A stretch of DNA of 18,842 bases from Anaerolineae bacterium (lineage in GTDB: Bacteria; Chloroflexota; Anaerolineae; Aggregatilineales; UBA3940): contig JAFGLD010000276.1 of the NCBI GenBank assembly GCA_016928235.1, positions 1-18,842 of the forward strand, written 5' to 3'. The notes under the pieces were generated by a model. That model did no database searches, was not told the DNA's origin, and saw nothing but the letters and a program-made list of their open reading frames with translations. The translations under genes were made by a program, and so were the position numbers. Below are positions 1 to 7,678 of the stretch, piece by piece; the first letter of the stretch is position 1; each line of letters begins with the position of its first letter.

Positions 1-237
1 GCGGCTCTGCACAACATTAGGCATGTTTTACGGCAATTCCGACGGAAGATGTTGCAGTCTGACAATTCATTCACGGGTATTGGACTTTGGACAAATTTCA
101 CTAACCAGGCCAGTTGATAGAACCTGGTCTAACGGGTTTGCTCCCTCTTTGCCGGGTGGTGAGTAAGCAATTGGGGAGGTTGATCGGCAGGTTTGTAAGA
201 ACTCCAGCCCTTTCCTGCCCTGCCGTTCCGCCCTGGT

Positions 238-678
238 TTATTCTTGAAGGGACGGTGGCTCCAGTTCTTGTTGAGCAACTGCGGACTGGGGCTCGCGTTG
301 GGCAAGATAGTAAAGAACCAAAAGGCTAACAATAACTAGCGCAATATGAGGGGTTGCGTAACACCAATGCGCCACGAATGTGCTCGGTGGTGTGCCATCG
401 GATATCCCGGTACCGTGAAAAGTAAACCATAAGAAGATAGGATGTACCTGGAGGAGGATCAGGACAACATAGCCGAGCGCCAGAACCAGCCTGGCAGCTA
501 TGTTGTTGTTGCGCCCGATCCCAGCCGATAAACATACAAGGACAATGCCTGTGTAGAGAGAGACCTGGCCCCAGGTCATCACCTCGGCTTCAGTGGGACC
601 AAATGCATGGAGTATGTAGGGCAAACCAAGTAGAATGGATCCAATACCACCAATGAGCATCGCGATTACTTTTTTCAT
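238..678 (-). CDS. hypothetical small integral membrane protein (about 4 predicted TM helices)
   Basis: ATG (cat at 676-678 on + strand) preceded by AAAGGAG 6 nt upstream. 146 aa with four hydrophobic stretches (IAMLIGGIGSILLGLPYIL, LYTGIVLVCLSAGIG, LVLALGYVVLILLQVHPIFLWF, HIALVIVSLLVLYYLA). No family recognised. Confidence 0.55.
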   Translation of the reverse strand: MKKVIAMLIGGIGSILLGLPYILHAFGPTEAEVMTWGQVSLYTGIVLVCLSAGIGRNNNIAARLVLALGYVVLILLQVHPIFLWFTFHGTGISDGTPPSTFVAHWCYATPHIALVIVSLLVLYYLAQREPQSAVAQQELEPPSLQE

Positions 679-822
679 ATGTGACTCCTTTCACTCGACG
701 ATCAAATTTTTGCTCTGTATTGGTTTAGGCGAGCAGTTTTTCATGGCACAACAATCGCCGTTGCTCATGAGTATGCTCGCAATAAGACGGCAGCGCATCG
801 TTGGGGGCCTGTATGGCTTTAG

Positions 823-922
823 ATCATAGACATTATCACGATTTACGGCACTGAAGCGTAGTAACGCCAAAATGGGAACCTGTTTCCCGCTTGAAAAATC
901 TAATCGTGATAATGTCTATGAT
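823..922. repeat. perfect 21-bp inverted repeat (ATCATAGACATTATCACGATT at 823-843, AATCGTGATAATGTCTATGAT at 902-922) around a 58-nt spacer that contains an inner GGGAA-CCTGT-TTCCC hairpin (874-888)
   Basis: Read directly from the sequence. It lies between the promoter region of the 238-678 gene and the 3' end of the 1015-1668 gene. Confidence 0.7.
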
Positions 923-1014
923 ATGCCTCTTGTGACCTGTGACTTTCGGTCTGCGGCTTTACACTGATCACTGAAAACTGATCACCCGTCAATGTTAAAA
1001 ACTTAATCATCGAG

Positions 1015-1668
1015 TCATACGGTTACAAGATCCGGCGGGATATGTGCATTGGTTACCGGCTTAATCCACTCATCGCCGTCATCTCCAAACCGGATTTCGA
1101 CTATGCCTCCATTCGGTATTGGGATGGTCTCTGAAAAACCACGGAACTGCCTCATGGCATGGGCGGTGACATCCTGCTGATGATTGAACAAACGCCAGAG
1201 CACAGCTTGTATAAACTGTCCATGGCTGAATACTGCTATCGGGTTGTAGTCCCTATGACGCAACTGTAGCAGGGCTTCGTCGACACGTTCTATTAGAGTC
1301 TCGAAGGATTCAGCACCGTCACCATCTACATATCTTGGGTCATTTCGTTCCCAATATGCTTTAACCATTGGACGGCGTTCGTCCGGAGTTGAATCGACAC
1401 AACGCCCAGGGGCCAAATAGCTAAACTCCTGAACGGGCCACTCCTCATGGATCGCCTGCGGGAATCGGATGAGCGTACATGAAGCAGTTTGTTTGGTGCG
1501 CACATAAGGTGAAGTGATGATGAGCGAAGGCGGCTGTGTAAAAGCCAGCGCAACACACTCCGCTTGTTTCCATCCCGTTGCAGTCAGTGTAATGTGCGCA
1601 GGTTGAGAAGTACGTTCTCCCGCATTGGCTTGACTTTCAGCATGTCGGACAAACCATATGGTTAGCAT
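1015..1668 (-). CDS. histidine phosphatase superfamily protein (phosphoglycerate-mutase-like / CobC-like phosphatase)
   Basis: 217 aa. N-terminal catalytic motif VRHAES (the RHG-type motif of branch-1 histidine phosphatases) and a later SHGQF motif. ATG at 1666-1668 (minus). Confidence 0.75.
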   Translation of the reverse strand: MLTIWFVRHAESQANAGERTSQPAHITLTATGWKQAECVALAFTQPPSLIITSPYVRTKQTASCTLIRFPQAIHEEWPVQEFSYLAPGRCVDSTPDERRPMVKAYWERNDPRYVDGDGAESFETLIERVDEALLQLRHRDYNPIAVFSHGQFIQAVLWRLFNHQQDVTAHAMRQFRGFSETIPIPNGGIVEIRFGDDGDEWIKPVTNAHIPPDLVTV

Positions 1669-1965
1669 CTTTTCAAATTACCTGCCCGGCCCGCTTCAGA
1701 TATTCACATTAGAGACATTATCTTGACCACCAGACGGTCCAACGTTTCAGGAATCGGCTGGAGCAATATGCCAGGCTGCTTGCTGGAGTTCCAATGATCG
1801 ACCGATGAAGATCAGCTCCGTGCCAGAAGCAATATATCCCGGCGGAAGGGCACATTCATGAACCCCCTTAGGAATGAGCACCGATTAACTTATCCATCCG
1901 TAGTCGTGATTGCCGGCTCTATGGGGAAAGTTATTTCATTCCCATTCCTTAGGAAGAGGATGGTG

Positions 1966-2928
1966 TTACACAGCTTCGATGGTTGATGGCGGCTTGGGTG
2001 CTATATTGTAGGTAACGCTGACAACGCCGGGCACTGTGCTGACAATCTCCTGACCTAGCTGCTCGAGGATCTCGAACGGGAGGCGGGTAGGTGTGGCCGT
2101 ACGCGCATCGACGCTGTTCCAGCAGCGCACTTCAATCTGCTGGCCGAAATCGCGTTGCCCGTCGCGTATTCCTGTCACCCGATCCTCGTGCAAAATGGCC
2201 AGGTACTGAAAGGCATCATAGTCCGCGAGCAGCCGCTCGACTACCTGTGTGGCTTGCCTGACCGTCTCGATGCGCTCCGGAGTCGCTTCTCCGATGACAC
2301 GAGCGGCGAGTGCGGGGCCTGGAAAGGGGATGCGCCGAAATAGCTCGCCGGGCAGCCCAAGTGCTTCTCCTAGTTTTCTCACACCATCCTTGCGCAGCTG
2401 AATCAGGGGTTCCAGGATACGATATCCAAAGGCCTCCTGCGGATCGATTCCCAACTGCTCAAAAACATTGTGCTGTCGCTTGATGCCGGCCACTGTCTCG
2501 TCTACGTCGGTCAGGATCGTTCCCTGTAGCAAATACTTCGCGCCGCTCTCCCGGATGAGACGGCCAAAGACGTGGCGATAGAAGGTTTGTGTAATGGCCT
2601 CGCGTTTGGCTTCTGGATCTCTTACACCCTTGAGCGCTGCAAAAAACTCCGTGTATGCATCGACGACTTCAACCTTGACGCCGAGAGCCTGGAACAAACT
2701 GGTAACCTGCCCGGCTTCGCCTGCACGCATAAGACCATTGTCGATGAAAACCGTCTTCAGACGTTCGCCCAATGCACGATGCCCTAACAGTGTAACCGTG
2801 GAGGAATCGACGCCACCGGAGAGGGCATTGATGGCCCATCCTTCTCCTACAGTGTCCCTAATCTCTTCTACTTTCTCGTTGATAAAATGCTCTGTATCAA
2901 GCTCTTGTGCAGTAATCTCTTTAGGCAT
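1966..2928 (-). CDS. guaA: GMP synthase (glutamine-hydrolysing) ATP-pyrophosphatase subunit, i.e. a stand-alone subunit-B / C-terminal-domain type
   Basis: 320 aa. PP-loop SGGVDSS. FIDNGLMR and DPEAKR match GuaA's VFVDNGLLR and DPEAKRK. C-terminal KPPSTIEAV matches the KPPATIEWE end of the GuaA dimerisation domain. No N-terminal glutamine-amidotransferase domain. AAGGAGA RBS 6 nt before the ATG at 2926-2928. Confidence 0.85.
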   Translation of the reverse strand: MPKEITAQELDTEHFINEKVEEIRDTVGEGWAINALSGGVDSSTVTLLGHRALGERLKTVFIDNGLMRAGEAGQVTSLFQALGVKVEVVDAYTEFFAALKGVRDPEAKREAITQTFYRHVFGRLIRESGAKYLLQGTILTDVDETVAGIKRQHNVFEQLGIDPQEAFGYRILEPLIQLRKDGVRKLGEALGLPGELFRRIPFPGPALAARVIGEATPERIETVRQATQVVERLLADYDAFQYLAILHEDRVTGIRDGQRDFGQQIEVRCWNSVDARTATPTRLPFEILEQLGQEIVSTVPGVVSVTYNIAPKPPSTIEAV

Positions 2929-3063
2929 TAACGATCTCCTTGTGAGTTGGGGTTGGATTTTGTGGATACCCTCTTATCTGAGGAGTGGCTCATAAGCCAA
3001 GGCCCACCAATGGGGACGAAAATAGCTTTTTGACTCGTCACTATATAACGGCTCTGGGAAAAG

Positions 3064-3837
3064 TTATCCTTCATCTGAAAAGACTGCTATTCCCTGACTG
3101 CGCAGGTGCTCCTTGACCTGATGAATACTGAGCAACCGGTAATGAAAGACTGATGCAGCCAACAGTATGCTGGCCCCACCTTGCAAGACTGCGTCGGCAA
3201 AATGTTGGAGTTCCCCGGCCCCACCAGATGCCACGACAGGCACTGTGACTACATCGGCGATGGCTTTGGTAAACGCTAAGTCATATCCGGCCTGGGTTCC
3301 ATCGCCGTCCATGCTGGTTGGCAGTATCACGCCAGCCCCTAAGCTCTCGCACTGTTTTGCCCATTCCACGGCGTCCTTCCCTACCGGCTTTGTTCCCCCC
3401 GATACCACAAGCTCAAATCCTGATGGCATGGCATGGTTCCGGCGTGCATCGATTGCCACGGTAATATGCCCCGATCCAAACTGCCTGGCCGCCTCACGTA
3501 CCAGTTCCGGGCGTTTTACGGCAGCACTGTTCATGGAGACCTTATCTGCGCCTGCCCGCATCAGCAAATCGATATCCTCTAAAGCGGAAATGCCGCCGCC
3601 GACAGTCAGTGGTATCTCTATAACCGACGATACATTTTTGACCCATTCAAGCCGAGTCTTGCGATTTTCAACCGTAGCGGCAATGTCAAGCATGGCTAAC
3701 TCATCGGCACCTTCTTGTTGATAGAACGATGCGTTTTCCACCGGATCGCCGGCATCCTTCAGTTCTGTAAAGTGAATGCCTTTGACTACACGTCCATTTT
3801 TCATATCAAGACATGGCATGATTTTGACTGCCGTCAT
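3064..3837 (-). CDS. hisF: imidazole glycerol phosphate synthase cyclase subunit HisF
   Basis: 257-258 aa (beta/alpha)8 protein. N-terminus (M)MTAVKIMPCLDMKNGRVVKG is a near-canonical HisF start (RIIPCLDVKDGRVVKG). Internal GGGI and SGGAG phosphate-binding motifs. AAAGGAGAA RBS. Tandem ATG ATG at 3840/3837; the second has better spacing. Confidence 0.9.
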   Translation of the reverse strand: MTAVKIMPCLDMKNGRVVKGIHFTELKDAGDPVENASFYQQEGADELAMLDIAATVENRKTRLEWVKNVSSVIEIPLTVGGGISALEDIDLLMRAGADKVSMNSAAVKRPELVREAARQFGSGHITVAIDARRNHAMPSGFELVVSGGTKPVGKDAVEWAKQCESLGAGVILPTSMDGDGTQAGYDLAFTKAIADVVTVPVVASGGAGELQHFADAVLQGGASILLAASVFHYRLLSIHQVKEHLRSQGIAVFSDEG

Positions 3838-4729
3838 CATTTCTCCTTTTTGTATGATGAAGTAAATTTCTGCCCCTGGTAGTGGGACAGAAAACGGTTC
3901 TACTAGCGTACCGAAGATGACAAGCTCATGAGTTCAGATGTCATATTTTGGGAATGAACCCTTTTGTATGTCTTTCGGTACCATGTAAGAATAACGAGGT
4001 TGGTCTCTCAAGCGTTAGACGGCAGAACACTTGCAAGTCACAAAAGCTTGCCTCTCAAGCAAGTTCATACTTGCACCACCACCCAAACTACAGGAGGATC
4101 GGTCAATCATGTGCCTGAGACAACTCGACCACGCCATTGCCGGGTGCTATCTGTCTTTCACTTCCACATGATAATCATGCAAGAGGGTGGTTATATTGTT
4201 TCCGTAGATACTCACGCGGGAAAAACTACCTTGCCAATATTGACTGGTGCTTGTACTGTATTCATAGGCTTTTGATGAGTTTAGCACATATTGGCTTGCG
4301 AGTCATAGCTTTTTTCCAGGCGTTATCTCGACATTTTGGAGAAAATACGTGCTCCCTTTTTTGAAACGGGTCAAGAAGTGTTTTGCTTAAGGTAACGCTT
4401 AATGCTCATAGTTATATCAGGTTTTGCAATTCCGGTGATGTCTTCCGTGCCCTGCCTGTAGCTGGAGATTCTGCTATTGGGATGTGTTTAAGTTGAGCCG
4501 AACATAGATCAAGCCTCTCAATGTGGGGATAAAGCCGCTTATGCTGCCCCATCAAGTGGCTTAATGTGCCTATGAAGTCAGTTCAATGCGTAGATGAATC
4601 CGCCGGCTCTATTGCATGGCGCACAACTGAGATGGAACACATCTTTCTGACTGTTGTCTTTGCGCCAGACGTCGGCCGTGTTTTACTCTGTGTTTCTCGC
4701 AAACGATTAGTATACCAATGAGGTGCGCA

Positions 4730-5098
4730 ATGAAAAATCATCATAGACATCTGCTGTTGATCTTGTTATTTGGAATGGTTTTGGCGTGCCAAATCATAGA
4801 GCAGCCATTGGTGTTTTCACCATCCGAGTTGCCCGATGCACATATTGGCCAGCCATACCAGACAACTATCACAGTTTCCAACAATCGAACGCCGGTATTC
4901 AAGATCGGTGTTCTCGAGGAGGAGCTTCCGCCGGGCCTATCTTTGATCTACGAGGGTGAGGATGGCATAGCCGAAATTGAAGGAACACCGGAAGATGTAG
5001 GAGAGTTTGAGTTCACAATATATGCTGCCTGCTATGGCACAAATGTGAATGGACAGACGGGGGAACATCGCTATCAATTACTGGTCAAACAGGAGTAA
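4730..5098 (+). CDS. putative secreted lipoprotein with a putative-Ig (He_PIG/PF05345-like) motif
   Basis: AGGTG 4 nt upstream of the ATG at 4730 (an in-frame ATG at 4718 has no RBS). Signal peptide MKNHHRHLLLILLFGMVLAC with Cys after LA. The LPDAHIGQPYQTTI...LPPGLSL...GTP pattern is typical of bacterial putative Ig-like domains. Confidence 0.6.
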   Translation: MKNHHRHLLLILLFGMVLACQIIEQPLVFSPSELPDAHIGQPYQTTITVSNNRTPVFKIGVLEEELPPGLSLIYEGEDGIAEIEGTPEDVGEFEFTIYAACYGTNVNGQTGEHRYQLLVKQE

Positions 5099-5145
5099 GT
5101 TAATTCTTTGGCTATTGGAACTTGTTGGACCATTGGGGCGTCTTA

Positions 5146-5185
5146 CAAGAAAACAAGTCGGGTTTTCTAATGTTTTCTTGATGGG
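5146..5185 (+). terminator. possible weak intrinsic terminator (AT-rich hairpin CAAGAAAAC...GTTTTCTTG, with an alternative GAAAAC/GTTTTC stem followed by TAATGTTTTCTT)
   Basis: Inverted repeat 5146-5154 / 5172-5180 and T-rich tract, downstream of the 4730-5098 gene. The stem is weak. Confidence 0.3.
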
Positions 5186-5234
5186 TAAAACACAACTTGT
5201 TGAATGACCGACATAACTCAAAGGAGAGATTAAG

Positions 5235-6263
5235 ATGTCGCATAAACAAAGAAACTGGCTCCTCATTGGTGCCGGCATTATTGTTGGTATTTTCGTGTTG
5301 ATGGTATTGGTGTTTTCCATCCCAAGGAACTTACCATCATCGGCCGTGGCGCCGGCTCCGGACATGGCTTATCCCGGCAGTAGTGCCGGATCAGTCAGCA
5401 ACTCCGGGGAGCGTTTTTGGGATCACGAAGGGTATGATGGCCAAGTCCGTGATGAAATGTCTGTTGGGAAAGAGGCTCCTATGGCACCAGATCCGGACAG
5501 GGACCCCGTTGCGGATCAAGAACTTCCCCAACAACCCATCGACCGGATGATCATCCGGAATGGAAGCATCACCGTTGCTGTCGAAGATACGTTGGCTGCC
5601 CGGAAAACCGTCGAAGACATGGTAGCCCAGATGGCTGCTGATGGGGCTTTTGTCGTCTCGATTAACGAATATGCCAGCGGGTCAACCTCTGATCCCTATA
5701 TCGATCTGTCTATTCGTGTCCCGGCAACTCGCTTCGATGATGTGATGGATCAGATTGCAGGGCTGGCGGCAAAGGGAACGATACCCACGCAGAGCCAATC
5801 GGCCGAAGATGTGACCAACCAATATGTCGATCTTGATGCACGGCTCGAGACGCTGGAAGCCGCCCGCCAGCGGCTGCTGGAGATCATGGCAGAGTCACAA
5901 AATGCGGAAGATCTGCTGAATGCAGAGCAGCAGTTGACCCAGCGTGAAGCCGAGATCGCCTCTATCAAGGGGCAGATGCAGTACCTGTCGCAGTCAGCGG
6001 CGCTGTCTGCTATCACAGTCTCCCTGCAGCCTTACATTCTGTCACAGCCGGTCGATACGACCTGGCGCCCGGCAGAGACAGTGCGGCGGTCATGGGATGC
6101 GCTGCTACGCAGCTTGCGCAACTTTGGTGACTTTATCATCAGATTTAGCATTGCTGTCTTGCCCTGGCTGATTGTCATCGGGTTGGTGTTATTCGGTGTT
6201 GTACGGTTTGTCATCTCCCGCGCCCGCAAAGGACAGGAAAACCCTTCATCTGGGGTCAAGTAA
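5235..6263 (+). CDS. DUF4349 domain-containing membrane-anchored protein
   Basis: AAGGAGAG RBS 6 nt upstream. 342 aa with an N-terminal TM helix (WLLIGAGIIVGIFVLMVLVF). The central IRNGSITVAVEDTLAARKTVEDMVAQMAADGAFVV...RVPATRFDDVMDQI...AEDVTNQYVDLDARLETLEAARQRLLEIMAESQNAEDLLNAEQQLTQREAEIASIKGQMQYL region matches the DUF4349 consensus. C-terminal TM helix (AVLPWLIVIGLVLFGVV). Confidence 0.8.
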   Translation: MSHKQRNWLLIGAGIIVGIFVLMVLVFSIPRNLPSSAVAPAPDMAYPGSSAGSVSNSGERFWDHEGYDGQVRDEMSVGKEAPMAPDPDRDPVADQELPQQPIDRMIIRNGSITVAVEDTLAARKTVEDMVAQMAADGAFVVSINEYASGSTSDPYIDLSIRVPATRFDDVMDQIAGLAAKGTIPTQSQSAEDVTNQYVDLDARLETLEAARQRLLEIMAESQNAEDLLNAEQQLTQREAEIASIKGQMQYLSQSAALSAITVSLQPYILSQPVDTTWRPAETVRRSWDALLRSLRNFGDFIIRFSIAVLPWLIVIGLVLFGVVRFVISRARKGQENPSSGVK

Positions 6264-6288
6264 TCACTGTCTTGAGTGTGTCCGTTAG

Positions 6289-6335
6289 GCAGAGCCGGCG
6301 GTGGTTCGACCCGGCTCTGCTTGCGGCTTTTGATT
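6289..6335. terminator. intrinsic terminator between convergent genes (stem GCAGAGCCGG / CCGGCTCTGC, 12-nt loop, then TTGCGGCTTTTGATT)
   Basis: 10-bp perfect stem at 6289-6298 / 6311-6320 followed by a T-rich run. It sits between the DUF4349 stop (6263) and the CE7 esterase stop (6416). Confidence 0.55.
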
Positions 6336-6415
6336 GTCGCAATGACCGTTTTGAGGGTGCCCAAACCGGAGTGTTGAGCCACGACCAATCGTCAATCACG
6401 CAATCGGACCATTGG

Positions 6416-7384
6416 CTATCCCCACAATTTACTCAGGAACTGCATCTTTGCCAGATCCTGCGCGACTCCGCCGCCCTCGTGGTGGTTGTAAGACCACACT
6501 TTGATGTCTTTCTGCCCGGCATAGTGATTGTAAGCGGCAAAAACCGTCCGCGGCGGGCAAGTCTCATCCATCAGACCCACCGAAAAGAGCGCAGGGTGAT
6601 TGGCCCGAGCCGCGAAGTTGAGCCCATCGAAGTAGTTAAGTGTGTTGAATACCGTTTCCACCTTATCTCGGTGAATCTGGCAGTACTTGGTGATCTCCTG
6701 ATAAGGGTAGGAATCGGTGATCTCGGTTGCTACACGGTAGTGGCATAAGAAGGGCACATCGGGCATGACAGCCGAGAGATCGGGTACCAGACCGCTGACT
6801 GCCAATGTGATGCCGCCGCCCTGGCTGCCGCCCATGACCGCCACGCGACTTGCATCAACTTTGCTGAACGAGCGTACAGCCTCGACAGCCCTGACGCCAT
6901 CGGTGAAAACGCGGCGGTAGTAATAGTTCTTAGGGTCGAGAACGCCGCGCGTCATAAAACCGGGGTGATGGGGGTTGCTGTCAGCGGGCTCAGGGTCTGG
7001 TGTGTCGCCGGTCGACCAGTTGCTGCCCTGCCCGCGGGTGTCCATGACGAAATGGGCATATCCCGCGCAACCCCAAATCAATCGATCAACAGGGACCGAG
7101 CGTCCACCGCCGTACCCAACAAACTCGACAAGGCAAGGCAGCGGGCCGGAAGCCGAGCGCGGCAGCAACAGCCAGCCTTTGATGGGTTGGCCGCCGAAGC
7201 CACTATAAGTAACATCGTAGGTCTCCAGCAGCCTCAGCCCATAATCAACAGGCTCAAACCGTGCATCGAGCGGGAACTGGCGCGTCTCAGCCAGAGTCTG
7301 CTCCCAGAACCGATCGAAATCCGCCGGCTCGTTTCGCGGAGGGCAGTAGGTACGAAGTTGGTCTAAGGGAAGATCGATAAACAT
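6416..7384 (-). CDS. acetyl xylan esterase / cephalosporin-C deacetylase (carbohydrate esterase family 7)
   Basis: 322 aa. N-terminus MFIDLPLDQLRTY...PADFDRFWEQTL is the hallmark AXE1/CE7 start. Nucleophile motif GGSQGG, His near the C-terminus. GAGGAG RBS 6 nt before the ATG at 7382-7384. Confidence 0.85.
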   Translation of the reverse strand: MFIDLPLDQLRTYCPPRNEPADFDRFWEQTLAETRQFPLDARFEPVDYGLRLLETYDVTYSGFGGQPIKGWLLLPRSASGPLPCLVEFVGYGGGRSVPVDRLIWGCAGYAHFVMDTRGQGSNWSTGDTPDPEPADSNPHHPGFMTRGVLDPKNYYYRRVFTDGVRAVEAVRSFSKVDASRVAVMGGSQGGGITLAVSGLVPDLSAVMPDVPFLCHYRVATEITDSYPYQEITKYCQIHRDKVETVFNTLNYFDGLNFAARANHPALFSVGLMDETCPPRTVFAAYNHYAGQKDIKVWSYNHHEGGGVAQDLAKMQFLSKLWG

Positions 7385-7399
7385 GATGTGAGCTCCTCA

Positions 7400-7440
7400 A
7401 AAGCAATTATATAGTTGATCAATCATAAGCGTTGACTTAC
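7400..7440 (-). promoter_or_regulatory. candidate promoter of the CE7 esterase (TATAAT -10 on minus strand = ATTATA at 7406-7411)
   Basis: Perfect TATAAT about 21 nt upstream of the start codon. The -35 is poor (TTGATC overlaps but is mis-spaced). Confidence 0.25.
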
Positions 7441-7441
7441 G

Positions 7442-7529
7442 CAAAAAACTTCTCGATCTCTTTCGAAAAAGATCGTGATCTTTTCCCAAAAACATTTCGA
7501 TCTTTTTCAAAAACATCCCGATCTTTTTC
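7442..7529. repeat. tandem array of four 21-24-bp units, each with an A5-6 tract, a CGATCT core and a T4-5 tract (unit approximately AAAAACATYYCGATCTTTTTC)
   Basis: Units at 7442-7465, 7466-7487, 7488-7508 and 7509-7529, read directly. A-tracts phased at about 21 bp. Unusually dense GATC content. Confidence 0.7.
7467..7484. promoter_or_regulatory. 18-bp perfect palindrome AAAAGATCGTGATCTTTT (candidate operator)
   Basis: Self-complementary 8-2-8 palindrome inside repeat unit 2. Confidence 0.5.
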
Positions 7530-7546
7530 TCGACTTACCAAATCTG

Positions 7547-7560
7547 TTGTTGATCAACAA
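7547..7560. promoter_or_regulatory. 14-bp perfect palindrome TTGTTGATCAACAA (a related TTGATCAA is at 7415-7422)
   Basis: Self-complementary, read directly. It lies between the aminotransferase stop and the esterase promoter. Confidence 0.45.
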
Positions 7561-7678
7561 TCCCTGCGGCAAATGTACAAAGCGGAAATTACGGATGAAT
7601 AGTTTACAGCTTTTTTGGCCATTAATGACCGGAAAAGCTGTTGTTCCATCAATAGCCACCAGGCGTCAATCGGCAATA

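Noticed and set aside
2961-2969. TGTGGATAC, a near DnaA-box
   Set aside because: It is a single isolated copy with no AT-rich unwinding element or box cluster, so it is not an origin.
2594-2995. 133-aa plus-strand ORF (and neighbours 2572-2787, 2155-2343)
   Set aside because: They are antisense to the GMP-synthase subunit gene.
3167-3721. 184-aa plus-strand ORF
   Set aside because: It is antisense to hisF, which has clear family signatures. The ORF has no RBS and no motifs.
3964-4364. Two overlapping plus-strand ORFs (103 and 75 aa) in the long intergenic gap
   Set aside because: They have no RBS, implausible composition and different frames. They are treated as non-coding, though a decayed pseudogene cannot be excluded.
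6299-6320. GGTTCGACCC, resembling a tRNA T-loop
   Set aside because: There is no D-arm, anticodon arm or acceptor stem around it. It is the loop and right arm of the terminator hairpin.
6272-6748. 158-aa plus-strand ORF
   Set aside because: It is antisense to the CE7 esterase gene and starts inside the terminator.
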